From Candidatus Cloacimonadales bacterium (lineage in GTDB: Bacteria; Cloacimonadota; Cloacimonadia; Cloacimonadales; JAIOQZ01): a DNA stretch of 64,000 nucleotides. The stretch spans positions 3,104,001 to 3,168,000 of the forward strand of contig OY762463.1 of assembly GCA_963665815.1 (NCBI GenBank). Reading direction: 5' to 3'. Shown in pieces: positions 27,115-37,594 of the stretch. The notes under the pieces are model-generated. The model was not told where the DNA came from. It did not search any database and was given only the letters and a program-made list of their open reading frames with translations. The translations under genes were made by a program, and so were the position numbers. Numbering within the stretch: the stretch's first letter is position 1; each line of letters begins with the position of its first letter.

Positions 27115-29463
27115 ATGAAAAAAAGAGCAGTCTTACTTGTTCTAATTATGTTTTTTTCAATATATGTCTATGCAGCGTCAGTTAGTGGATATGTTGTTGA
27201 AAAAGAAACCGGTGAGCCAGTTATCGGTGCTGCGGTATTTGTTATGGGAACAAATCTTGGACAGTTTACAAACAAAAAAGGTTATTTTGTCCTTAATAAT
27301 GTACCGGAAGGTGATGTAAAAATAGTAATCCAGAAATACGGTTTCAAGCCCAAAACTTTCCCTTATACAATGAATGAAGATTCTGAGGAATTTTTATCTG
27401 CTGAAATCGAAAAAGCTGTTATAAAAGGGCAGGAAATAAAAGTAGTTGATAAAGCAGTTAAAAGAAAGATTAACTCCAGAATCGTAAAAGTAGGAACAGT
27501 TACCCAAGATACTGAAATGCTGAAAGAAGTTGTGGGAGTAGCTGAAGCAGATGTATTCAGATCTCTACAGTCATTACCTGGTGTAACCCCTGTATCGGAT
27601 TTTTCAAGTGGATTATATGTTCGTGGCGGAAGCCCGGATCAGAATCTTATTCTTCTGGACAATATTGATGTATACAACCCTTCCCACTTTGGTGGTCTAT
27701 TCAGTACTTTCAATACAGATGCTGTTAAGAATGTCGAGCTTATGAAAGGTGGATTCCCGGCAAAATATGGTGGAAGACTTTCTTCTGTTCTTGATATTAC
27801 GAATAGAGAAGGCAACAGAAAGAAAATGAAAACTATAGCGAGAGTAAGTATTCTCAGTGCAAGTGCTACAATTGAAAGTCCATGGAAGATTAATAATGAA
27901 AAAGGTTCAGTCATGGGATCTTTCAGAAGGACATATCTTGATCTTGCTGATAAAATGCTGGATCTGGGTTTACCGGATTTCTATTTTTATGATGGTCATT
28001 TCAAGGTAAACTATGATGTTTCACAAAAGGACAGACTCAGTACAAGTGCTTATTTTGGTAAAGATGTTCTTGAAATGGATACAGGAAGTAATCTGGATAT
28101 AAGCTGGGGAAACGAAACAGGAACAATGCAGTGGACACATATATTCGGTTCACGTCTTTTTTCTCAGTTCATTCTGGCAGGATCTCACTTCAAGTCTTCT
28201 CTGAAATATTACAATGAAGAATCCAGCTTTGACAGAATAAATGACATAAAAGATTTTACAACAAAAGCAATCTTTACCTGGACTCCTGTTGCTGAGCATG
28301 TAATAGATTTTGGTGCGGAGACAAAGTATAACAAGATTATATTTAAAACAGAATCAAATGCACAACTTGACTCCCTGACTTTCCCAAAAATTGATATTAA
28401 TTCAATTACAAGTGCAGCCTACATTCAAGATAGTTGGGATTTCACTCCCCTCTGGACATTCCAGCCGGGAATTAGATTTACATATATTACAGGTAAAACA
28501 AATTATAAAAAAGACGATACTGAAACAAGCTACTTCAAGGTATCCCCAAGAGCAGCTTTGCGATACAAGTTAACCGAAAACAGTAATGTGTTTGCCTCTT
28601 ATGGTAAATATTATCAGTATCTCAGTCTTATAAGTGGTGATGAAGCCAGTCCTCTGGATTTATGGTTTCCTATAGATAACACTGTTCCACCGGGAGAATC
28701 AGACCATTATATTGCAGGTTATAAAGCTGAATTCTGGGAAAAACTTGGATTCGACTTTGAAGTATTCTACAAGACTTACGATAATCTGGTTGAATTCAGA
28801 CCTGAAGTAGACTTCGAATGGAATAACGATACCGGTACACTTTCAGACGCACTGAATCTTGGTAAAGGATATTCATGGGGTGCTGATGTACTTTTGAGAA
28901 CAGACTATAATTCACTCAAAGGGTTTATTGGATACACATTCAGTAAAACCAAAAGAAAAATAAATTATACTAACATTGATCCTGAAACCAGTGAAGAAAA
29001 GTATTACTATCCTAAGTATGACAGAACAAATCAGATTAATGTTGTTCAGAATCTTAACGTAAGTGAATTACGCGGAAGATATTACCTGGGAGCTGAATTT
29101 ATTGCCGGTGTAAGCTACTCTTACATGACTGGTCAACCAACACAGAAGCCGGAGCATATTATTCTCAGTGATGAATATCCTGCAAACCCTAAATTCCTTT
29201 ACAGTTACAAGGATGCAGAAAGACTTCCTGCTTATTCAAGATTTGATTTCAGCCTGAAATTTAAGTGGAAGAAATCATGGGGAAACATAGAACCTTACTT
29301 TGAAGTTGTTAATATGTTCAACCATCATAATGTATGGTTCAGAAGATATCTCCCGGATGCAAAACTCGGAGAAAATGAAGGAGAAGTAACCTTCTCAGTA
29401 AAAGAAGAAGATGCAATGATGTTTCCGAGAATCCCGTTTATTGGCGTAAACATTGAGTGGTAA
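27115..29463 (+). CDS. TonB-dependent receptor with N-terminal carboxypeptidase-regulatory-like domain
   Basis: Signal peptide; plug motifs LPGV, VRGGSPDQN, GGFPAKYGGRLSSV; barrel ending in terminal W. Confidence 0.93.
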   Translation: MKKRAVLLVLIMFFSIYVYAASVSGYVVEKETGEPVIGAAVFVMGTNLGQFTNKKGYFVLNNVPEGDVKIVIQKYGFKPKTFPYTMNEDSEEFLSAEIEKAVIKGQEIKVVDKAVKRKINSRIVKVGTVTQDTEMLKEVVGVAEADVFRSLQSLPGVTPVSDFSSGLYVRGGSPDQNLILLDNIDVYNPSHFGGLFSTFNTDAVKNVELMKGGFPAKYGGRLSSVLDITNREGNRKKMKTIARVSILSASATIESPWKINNEKGSVMGSFRRTYLDLADKMLDLGLPDFYFYDGHFKVNYDVSQKDRLSTSAYFGKDVLEMDTGSNLDISWGNETGTMQWTHIFGSRLFSQFILAGSHFKSSLKYYNEESSFDRINDIKDFTTKAIFTWTPVAEHVIDFGAETKYNKIIFKTESNAQLDSLTFPKIDINSITSAAYIQDSWDFTPLWTFQPGIRFTYITGKTNYKKDDTETSYFKVSPRAALRYKLTENSNVFASYGKYYQYLSLISGDEASPLDLWFPIDNTVPPGESDHYIAGYKAEFWEKLGFDFEVFYKTYDNLVEFRPEVDFEWNNDTGTLSDALNLGKGYSWGADVLLRTDYNSLKGFIGYTFSKTKRKINYTNIDPETSEEKYYYPKYDRTNQINVVQNLNVSELRGRYYLGAEFIAGVSYSYMTGQPTQKPEHIILSDEYPANPKFLYSYKDAERLPAYSRFDFSLKFKWKKSWGNIEPYFEVVNMFNHHNVWFRRYLPDAKLGENEGEVTFSVKEEDAMMFPRIPFIGVNIEW

Positions 29464-29472
29464 GGAGTTAAA

Positions 29473-30390
29473 ATGAGAAATTCAATATTAATAATTATAC
29501 TAGTCACTATGCTCTGTCTCACACTCATGGGCTGTGAAGATTACACAAGTGGATCAAGACATAAAAAAGATACATATAAGTTCATTTATGGAAAATTAAT
29601 TCATGGAGAACCAATTAACGGAATGAATAATATTAAAGTTTCAAATTCAATCAAACTTCCAAGTACAATTCATATTTTTGATTTGTTTGACTCACTTGCA
29701 ACAGTTCAAGTTAAAGAAATTGAAACCGGAAATGCTGTCGACTTGATGTTTGCCATTGAGTATGGTGGATACATTGATCCAACCGAATCATTAATTCCGC
29801 AAGCCGGTAATACCTATGAGTTATCAGTAGTTACCGGAACAGATTCACTCTGGGCTGTTACGACAGTACCTGACTCAATCTTTCTGGAACTTGATACATC
29901 TGTATATAAAGATTCTCAGGATGAACTGGATGGTGTTGAAATGGAATTCAGTAAGATTGCAACAGATTATCCATTTAATATAATTACTCAGAATAATGAA
30001 AGCATAGAACTGCATTCATATTTCTATTGTCTTGATGAATGGGATGAAGTAATGTATATAGAGAATGACTTTGTTGATTCTGATTCACTGGAAAGCGAAG
30101 AAGACTTTGAAGACGAGTTAACCGGATATCCTCGAAAAACTCAAAACCTGTATACAATGAAACCGGAGTTACTTGATGATAACTATTACAATATCAAGTT
30201 TGATTTCTTTAAAGATAGTTTCGTCTTCACTGGAAGATATTATATTCGTGTTCACAGTATTGATGAAAACTACTACAAATATCTTTATAAGCCTGATGGT
30301 TATAAATTCGGTGGAATTAACGGTGGGGCATACGGATATTTTGGTTCAGCAACAGGTAAAGAATTCTACACTAAAGTCGTGGACAAATAA
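29473..30390 (+). CDS. Lipoprotein partner of the TonB receptor (DUF4249-like)
   Basis: Lipobox LMGC; GNTYELSV, SIDENYYKY, INGGAYGYFG. Confidence 0.7.
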   Translation: MRNSILIIILVTMLCLTLMGCEDYTSGSRHKKDTYKFIYGKLIHGEPINGMNNIKVSNSIKLPSTIHIFDLFDSLATVQVKEIETGNAVDLMFAIEYGGYIDPTESLIPQAGNTYELSVVTGTDSLWAVTTVPDSIFLELDTSVYKDSQDELDGVEMEFSKIATDYPFNIITQNNESIELHSYFYCLDEWDEVMYIENDFVDSDSLESEEDFEDELTGYPRKTQNLYTMKPELLDDNYYNIKFDFFKDSFVFTGRYYIRVHSIDENYYKYLYKPDGYKFGGINGGAYGYFGSATGKEFYTKVVDK

Positions 30391-30419
30391 CAAAACTCAA
30401 TTGATTAATTGAAATATAC

Positions 30420-30450
30420 AGCCTCGGAGAAATCCGGGGCTTTTTTCTTT
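30420..30450 (+). terminator. Rho-independent terminator
   Basis: agcctcgga-gaaa-tccggggct followed by a T run. Confidence 0.8.
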
Positions 30451-30743
30451 GGACAGTCCCTATGTATAAGCTATTTGTAGTGCATTGACTGTGTTATAAA
30501 TGCGAAGAATAAGATCACAAGAAAACTGTAGGTTGTAACACAATTTGCACTTCTCTATTTGTATTCTTTCAGAAACATCTATGGGGTTTTAACTATTCCA
30601 AATGTGTTCCACTTGAGTCAACCGTCCGGTTGTCTCAATAAATGTGTGAACCGTGATTTGCAGGATTTAAGGATTACATGATTCTGAACGATGCCAGGTT
30701 ACGTTTCTACGGTTTCTCAAAATAACTCAATTCCCCAAAAAAT

Positions 30744-30774
30744 AAAAAAACAGCCTCCCGAATGAGAGGCTGTT
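30744..30774 (-). terminator. Rho-independent terminator of the 2088-aa gene
   Basis: aacagcctc-ccgaatga-gaggctgtt preceded by an A run (U tract on the minus strand). Confidence 0.8.
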
Positions 30775-30846
30775 ATAGAAGTTTAATTTACACATCATTC
30801 CAAAGGTTCTGAGACCATTTGGAAGGTGTATAAAATCAGCTAATAC

Positions 30847-33800
30847 TTATTTAAGCATCAGCATTTTCTTAGTTTGTGATACTTCAGAGGTTTGCAGTCT
30901 GTAGAAGTATACTCCACTTGATACTGAGTTTCCTCTGTCATCTTTACCATTCCAGGTAACCTTGTGGTTATCTGCTTCCATTTCTTCACTTACAAGCGTT
31001 CTTACTTTCTGTCCGTTGATATTGTAGATAGCAAGTTCTACGTTTCCGGCTTTCTTAAGTGAGAATTCAATGTGTGTAGTAGGATTGAATGGGTTAGGAT
31101 AGTTACCTTTGAGTTCTGTTACAAGATTTACATCATCAGGATCATTTGCAACTTCTTCAAATGTGAAATCGTAATCTGGAGCTGCTGCTGTACCTGTTTC
31201 GTAAATGGCAGTTACTCTAGCTGTAAGTTGTTCACCTATTGCGAAGCCATTAACAGTGAAGAATGTATCTGATGTTGTTTGATTGATAATATCAATTTCA
31301 ACTCTGAAGTACATGAATTGACGTTCGTCTTCTTCATTCTCAGCTTCTCTTTCAACGTATGAAACGCCTTCTGCGAGTGCTGATTCTCCATCTGTTCTTG
31401 TTCCGTACAATCTGTCTCCATGCTGCCATACAAGGATACGATCATTGTTAAGCCATTGAATGTTTGTAGGAGCAATAAGGATTTCATCAAGAGTAACATC
31501 AACAGGAGTATTGTCACCATTTACAATAACAATATTCTGTTGTTCGTGAATGTTACAGTCCGGAAGTGAAGCTGTAAGATTGTATGTTCCCGGAAGGACT
31601 TCGTTGAGAAGAACAACACCGGTATCATCTGATGTTTCAGTATATGTGTTTGTTCCATCAGTAAGTTCAACAACTGCACCGGTTGGTGAATTAAGATTTG
31701 TTGTGATGTTAACAGTAAAGTGACCGTATTCGATAAGAATAATATCAAGATCAACTGTTGCATCCGCAGCTATAACTACGTTAGATTCAGTTTGATCAAT
31801 ATATCCGTCTTTAGTTGCATTAACAGTATATGTTCCCGGAGTAACCTGTACAAATGTGTAGTTACCCTGAGCATCTGTTGTTGTTGTAATAGCAAGTTGT
31901 TCGATTTCAACAAGAGCTCCTGCAACTTCAACATTAGCATGATCGTATACGGTACCCATAAGGATTGCTCCCTGGGTCATAGTGAAGTCAACGTTTGTGA
32001 GGTTGTCCTGAGTTACTACGACATTAGTTTGTGTATTATTATCGTAGTTTGTAAGAGTTGCTGTAACCGTGTATGTATCAGCAGGAACATTGAGGAATTG
32101 ATAGAACCCATTATTACCTGTATATTGTACAGTCTGAAGTTCTTCAATCAGTACTTGAGCGTTAAACAGTGGGTTTCCATTGATATCACGTACATAACCT
32201 TGAATACCAGTTTGTGATGGCTGAACATCAACAGGAAGTGGAGCTGAATTATCGTTTCCTGCACTCTCATCACCTGCCATTACAACTTTACCGAAGATAT
32301 TCTGATTTCCTTCCATTCCATCCTGTGGAATCCAGGTAATTACATAATCATTAATCTGATCGTTTGCAATTGTAGTTCCTGCAACAGTTCCTAATTCTGT
32401 ATCAGGTGCAAGCATGAGTTTTACATCGAATGTATTCTGTGTATTGAGTCCATTGTTTCTAACTGAGATAGTGTAATCTGATGGAGAACCAACCATAGGT
32501 GTTGTTGATCCGATAACAGAAATAGCCATAAGATCATCATTCGGTGGTGTAGTAATATTAATTCCAACATCATCAACATAGCAGTTAGGTCCATAACCTG
32601 AAACACCATGGAATTTCAAGTAGATTGTCTGTCCGCTGAATGCATTGATATTAACAGTTTCCTGTATAAAAGTTCCCGGAGCTGTACTTTGAGCACCATC
32701 CTGTGAATCGAATTGATCACCTGCTCTGGTCCATACGTTTGTCCAGTTGTTTGCATCAGTAGAAACAAAAACAGTCAGTGCATCATTTGGGTATGTAGCA
32801 TTATAAAGGTGAGACCACTTGAATACCAGATCAGCATCACCGGTCAAAGCGATTGGTGGAGACATCATGACAGCGTCATTAGGTTCTTGCCAGCCCCAGT
32901 AATTACAAAATGCACTGGAAGATCCTGTATCTTGTGCCCAGCTTTGAGTTCCCCCTGTAAGAATCCAGTTCTGTGGCGGCCATATATCGAAGTTTTCTGT
33001 ATATGGGAACATTGTAACTGTAGGATCGGAACGTACAGTGAAAGACCATTCAGGACATCCTGTTGTGCTTCCCATGGCGTTTCTAGGCACGACTTTCCAG
33101 TAGTAAGTAGCATTATATGTTAGAGCTGAGAATTGGTATGATTCTGTTGTTACAACAAGTCCATCTTCTATATCATAGTTTCCTGTTGCTGTACCAAAAT
33201 AAAGCAGATAGTCATCTGCACCCATTGCCGGGTTCCATGTAAGCTGTCCTGATTCAAGGACATTTGTCTGCATGAAAGTTGGTGAGAGAACAGTTGTACA
33301 TGATGGAGCCACTCCGGCTTCAAACACATTCAAGTCGTCCATATAAAGAGCAGCATTAGCCCAGCTTGTACCAATGCGAGATCTGATTCTGAGTTTGTAA
33401 GCAGATGCTATATTGTATCCTGAGAGATCAATATTTACATTGAACCAACCTTCGGTATCTGTACTATCTACAAATATATCGTTATTCCAGACATTATTTT
33501 CCATAATATCTATATGGATTTCCTTTGCAATAGTCTGATCAGTAACACTCCAACCAAAGAATCCAAACCAACCATCAAAGTAAACTTGATTTCCTGCTGA
33601 ATATGGAGCCATTGTGACAACTGCTGAGTTTTCAGATGTAGAACCCCAGGTGTTGTGTCCAAGTCTTGCACTGTACATTCCACCGTGGAATTGTTCAGAT
33701 GTGACTTCACAAATACCTGTTTCAGATAACTCAGGATACCAGGCATCACCGATCATTACCGACTCCCATCCTTCGAAGAAGTTAAGATTCTGAGTAGGAT

Positions 33801-36800
33801 CTATAGCTGTATCGAATGTCCATTCTGGACAGGTGGTAGCTTGACCATTTACATTCTCCGGAACTACTTTCCAGAAATATTGTTGGTCAAAGGATAATCC
33901 TGTATATTCATAAGAAGTTTCGGTTAACTGCATTCCATTGATAATGTTATAATTACCTGTTGCTGTGCCGAGATATAAATTATAGTATTCAGCTCCAAGC
34001 GCAGGCATCCATTCTAACACACCATAGTCATATACAGCCTGAGCAGTATCCAATGGTTCAACAGGTGTTGTACATGGTGGAATAGCGCTGTTTTCGTATA
34101 CGTTAATATCATCAATCCAGACATTACTGCTCCATGAATCGGCAGTATTGATAGTTCTGAATCTTATTTTAGTCAAATTTGAAGTATTATAAGGATTTAA
34201 ACTGATGCTTTGATTATACCAGTTTTCATTCTGGGACTGAATAGTCCAGACATCATTGTTCCATGCACCATCTGCAAAAATATCAACTGCAATTGTCATG
34301 CGCATTGCGTTATCATTAACATTTCCACCTGAGAAAGCATACCAGAAATCAAGCAGTACTTCTGAAGTACCTGTATACGGTGCAATAGTAAGAATTGCTG
34401 AGTTTTCTACAGGAATACCCCAGTTTACACCTGTTGTATGTAAAGAGTATGATCCACCATGGAAGTTTTCCATACTTGCTTCTATCACAGATTGTGGATC
34501 TGAAGTTGTTCTCCAGAAAGATTGAATTGCTCCGGATTCCCAGTCTTCATTAAAACTGATTGTCTGTGCAGGATCTGCAACTGTAGTGAAAGTCCACTCT
34601 GCACACAAAGTTGCCTGTCCATTGTTATTTTGAGGGACAATTTTCCAATAATATGACGTTGAATATTGAAGTCCTGAGTAATCATAATGTGTATCTGTAA
34701 GTACCATTCCATTTATAACATCATAAGTGTCCTGAGCAGTACCAAGATAAAGCAGATAAGAACTTGCAGCTTGTGTAAGAGTCCACTCCAATGTACCATA
34801 ATCCCATTCGGTTGTACTCATATCCAACGGCTGAACAAGAGCTGCACATGCAGGGGCTGCTGAGCTCTCGTATACAGTAAGATCATCAATCCAGACATTA
34901 CTGTCCCATGTGGATCCTGTATTTGTCATGTTCAATCTTACTTTATATCCATTTGTCAAGTCGTATGAGGATAAGTTAATAGAACACAGATACCACATTT
35001 CATCAGAAGATTGATCGTTCCAGACATCATAGTTCCATTGTCCTCCTGCGTATATGTCTACTGACATTTCCATAGGGTATGCCGTATTTTGGACATTTCC
35101 ACCGGTAAATGCATACCAGAAATCTAATACAACATCAGTTGTTCCTGTGTACGGAGCAAGAGATAAAGTTGCCTGATCAACTGTAACATTCTGCCAGTTC
35201 ATACCTGTAGAATGAAGTGCATATGATCCTCCGTGGAAGTTATCCATACTAACGTCAACTGTAGAGAGATCAGTAGTCGAAATTTGCCAGTGGGCAGGTA
35301 TCATAGCTGTTTCCCAGTCCTGTGTATAATCAAGTGGCTGAGATGGATCTATTATAGTTGTAAATGAGTAAACCGGACAGTTTGAAGCTGATCCGTATTG
35401 ATTTACAGGAACAACTTTCCAGTAATATGTTGTTGAGTATTGGAGACCATAGTATTCGAATCTGCTTTCAGTTGTATTAACTCCGTCAAACACATCCCAT
35501 GTCCCATCAGCTGTGCCCATGTATATATTGTAGCTGTCTGCTCCAAGTACTTGATTAAATACTAACATTCCTGTATCCCACTGGTCAATGCTCATGTCAG
35601 CAGGATTAAGGTAAGTTGTACATCCGGGAGGATTCTGTCCGTCGAAAACTGTTACAGCATCAACATATAAGTTTGGACCATAACCTGAATTACCTCTGAA
35701 ACGAATAACAATATTTTGTCCTGCATAAGATTGCAGTGAAACTGTTTCTGTTACAAAGGATCCTGGTGCCATACTCTGAGCTCCATCCTGAGAATCGAGT
35801 TGGTCACCACCCTCAGCCCATATTGACTGCCATGGACCGTTATCAGCTGAGACTTCAATTACAAGTGAGTCTTCAGGATAAGCTGAGTTATAAAGATGTG
35901 ACCACATGAATCCGAGTGAGTAATCTGATCCTGCTGGTATGGCAAGCGGAGGTGTTGTCATTTCTGCATAATTTGGAACTGGCCAACCCCAGAAATTACA
36001 AAATGCTGAACTTGTTTCTGTATGTTGTGCCCAATTTTGTGTTCCTGCGTGAATCCAGTCAACAGGAGGCCATACATCAAAGTTTTCAGTCCATGGAAAT
36101 GTGGTAACAGCTCCAACTGAAGTTCTGAACGACCATGTACCACCATCCGTGGTCAATCTTGTAGTTGAGTTATGAAGGACAAGTTTCCATTCGTAGTTTG
36201 TGGAAAGATTAAGCCCTGAATATGTATATGAGCCTGTTGTTCCTGTAGCACCAGCTGCTGCTCCGGTAACAACTTCAGTCATGTTTCCTGCAGGTCCAAA
36301 CCAGAGGTCGTATGTTTCAGTGTCAGCTCCGAATTCCCAGGTAAGAGTTCCATTAACAGGGACATTAACAGCTCCGTTTACAGGCACAGGATTCTGTGCA
36401 AACTCAGGATAACCTGCTTCTACAGTATAGAAGCTGATTGCCATTTGCTGAGAAAGGTTTGTAAGATCATCAAAACAGTACTGAAGTCCAATTGAACCAT
36501 CTGAGTTTTCAATACCAATTGTTCCATCATTAGTTTCAAGTGAAGGATCAACTGTTTCGTATTGAATAACAATATCACCATTAGCTTTTAAAATTATTTG
36601 TGCATCAAGATATCCCGGATCTTCGCCTGGATACTCGTGATAGTTTAAAAAGGTCACCAGAAGAGCATTTGCTCCATCATATGTGATATTTTCATAATAC
36701 ACTATTGCATTGTTGGCAGGGGTCTGCGTACTGACAGGATCCATATCTCTCCAGTACCATGCAATCATATCGTTTGGCTGATTAACATCCGGGATTGCTA

Positions 36801-37113
36801 CGTTGGTAAGATTGCTTGTGTCTCCTGAGAAAGACAGAAAGCCGTTTGAACTGATATAGAAATCAGTTTTGGTTTGTCCGTAGAAATTAAAATTGAAACC
36901 TATTGGATAAGGTCCAACAATATTATCGTCTACTTGCCCTCCAATAAGTGTAGCATTAACTGTATCCGGTTGAATCCAACTGTAGGTTGGACCAGTCGCA
37001 TCATTACTGTTTTTCCATGAATATCCGTATGCATCGGGTCCCCCGGAAGTTTGCGCATACATGAATAGAAAGGAAAAAACAAATAAAACTAATAATACTT
37101 GCTTTTTAAACAT
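30847..37113 (-). CDS. Very large secreted surface protein: alternating FnIII-like and jelly-roll/MAM-like repeats, carboxypeptidase-regulatory-like domains, T9SS type-A CTD
   Basis: Signal peptide; GPDAYGYSW N-terminus; repeated YYWKVVP and FHGGxY units; NYPNPFNP...SSGVYFY...KKMLMLK. Confidence 0.85.
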   Translation of the reverse strand: MFKKQVLLVLFVFSFLFMYAQTSGGPDAYGYSWKNSNDATGPTYSWIQPDTVNATLIGGQVDDNIVGPYPIGFNFNFYGQTKTDFYISSNGFLSFSGDTSNLTNVAIPDVNQPNDMIAWYWRDMDPVSTQTPANNAIVYYENITYDGANALLVTFLNYHEYPGEDPGYLDAQIILKANGDIVIQYETVDPSLETNDGTIGIENSDGSIGLQYCFDDLTNLSQQMAISFYTVEAGYPEFAQNPVPVNGAVNVPVNGTLTWEFGADTETYDLWFGPAGNMTEVVTGAAAGATGTTGSYTYSGLNLSTNYEWKLVLHNSTTRLTTDGGTWSFRTSVGAVTTFPWTENFDVWPPVDWIHAGTQNWAQHTETSSAFCNFWGWPVPNYAEMTTPPLAIPAGSDYSLGFMWSHLYNSAYPEDSLVIEVSADNGPWQSIWAEGGDQLDSQDGAQSMAPGSFVTETVSLQSYAGQNIVIRFRGNSGYGPNLYVDAVTVFDGQNPPGCTTYLNPADMSIDQWDTGMLVFNQVLGADSYNIYMGTADGTWDVFDGVNTTESRFEYYGLQYSTTYYWKVVPVNQYGSASNCPVYSFTTIIDPSQPLDYTQDWETAMIPAHWQISTTDLSTVDVSMDNFHGGSYALHSTGMNWQNVTVDQATLSLAPYTGTTDVVLDFWYAFTGGNVQNTAYPMEMSVDIYAGGQWNYDVWNDQSSDEMWYLCSINLSSYDLTNGYKVRLNMTNTGSTWDSNVWIDDLTVYESSAAPACAALVQPLDMSTTEWDYGTLEWTLTQAASSYLLYLGTAQDTYDVINGMVLTDTHYDYSGLQYSTSYYWKIVPQNNNGQATLCAEWTFTTVADPAQTISFNEDWESGAIQSFWRTTSDPQSVIEASMENFHGGSYSLHTTGVNWGIPVENSAILTIAPYTGTSEVLLDFWYAFSGGNVNDNAMRMTIAVDIFADGAWNNDVWTIQSQNENWYNQSISLNPYNTSNLTKIRFRTINTADSWSSNVWIDDINVYENSAIPPCTTPVEPLDTAQAVYDYGVLEWMPALGAEYYNLYLGTATGNYNIINGMQLTETSYEYTGLSFDQQYFWKVVPENVNGQATTCPEWTFDTAIDPTQNLNFFEGWESVMIGDAWYPELSETGICEVTSEQFHGGMYSARLGHNTWGSTSENSAVVTMAPYSAGNQVYFDGWFGFFGWSVTDQTIAKEIHIDIMENNVWNNDIFVDSTDTEGWFNVNIDLSGYNIASAYKLRIRSRIGTSWANAALYMDDLNVFEAGVAPSCTTVLSPTFMQTNVLESGQLTWNPAMGADDYLLYFGTATGNYDIEDGLVVTTESYQFSALTYNATYYWKVVPRNAMGSTTGCPEWSFTVRSDPTVTMFPYTENFDIWPPQNWILTGGTQSWAQDTGSSSAFCNYWGWQEPNDAVMMSPPIALTGDADLVFKWSHLYNATYPNDALTVFVSTDANNWTNVWTRAGDQFDSQDGAQSTAPGTFIQETVNINAFSGQTIYLKFHGVSGYGPNCYVDDVGINITTPPNDDLMAISVIGSTTPMVGSPSDYTISVRNNGLNTQNTFDVKLMLAPDTELGTVAGTTIANDQINDYVITWIPQDGMEGNQNIFGKVVMAGDESAGNDNSAPLPVDVQPSQTGIQGYVRDINGNPLFNAQVLIEELQTVQYTGNNGFYQFLNVPADTYTVTATLTNYDNNTQTNVVVTQDNLTNVDFTMTQGAILMGTVYDHANVEVAGALVEIEQLAITTTTDAQGNYTFVQVTPGTYTVNATKDGYIDQTESNVVIAADATVDLDIILIEYGHFTVNITTNLNSPTGAVVELTDGTNTYTETSDDTGVVLLNEVLPGTYNLTASLPDCNIHEQQNIVIVNGDNTPVDVTLDEILIAPTNIQWLNNDRILVWQHGDRLYGTRTDGESALAEGVSYVEREAENEEDERQFMYFRVEIDIINQTTSDTFFTVNGFAIGEQLTARVTAIYETGTAAAPDYDFTFEEVANDPDDVNLVTELKGNYPNPFNPTTHIEFSLKKAGNVELAIYNINGQKVRTLVSEEMEADNHKVTWNGKDDRGNSVSSGVYFYRLQTSEVSQTKKMLMLK

Positions 37114-37491
37114 AATTTCTCCTTTTTCGCTTCTATACTTACTAGTTGTAATTTTGACAATTTAATATCGATAAAATAATATTAGTCAACATATTTTTAT
37201 ATATTTTATACCGTAAATTAAAGACAACGTCAAAATTTTTTAATGATTATGAATTCATTTTCTGTGCAGAGACTCATTTAACAGATGTAAATTCACAGGT
37301 TTGTAGTTGTTTATGTTAACTAATAGTAGATTGTTTGTATCCATAAAAAGTGTTTGATTGACAGCTTTAAGTTATTGGTACTCTCTTTATTGTTTGTAGA
37401 TTTGATACAGCAATGAATAGGATAGTATATCACTGATATTTGCAATAATTTTTCTTGACTCATTATTGAACAGTATATTTTTTGCTTCAAC

Positions 37492-37579
37492 GCTGAAGTG
37501 GTGGAATTGGTAGACACGCTAGGTTCAGGGTCTAGTGAGCAATACGCTCGTGGGGGTTCGAGTCCCCCCTTCAGCACCA
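37492..37579 (+). tRNA. tRNA-Leu (CAG)
   Basis: GCTGAAG/CTTCAGC acceptor stem, GGTAGAC D-loop, CTAGG-TTCAGGG-TCTAG anticodon arm, long variable arm, GTTCGAGTC T-loop, encoded CCA. Confidence 0.97.
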
Positions 37580-37594
37580 ATTAATGGTGTCCAC

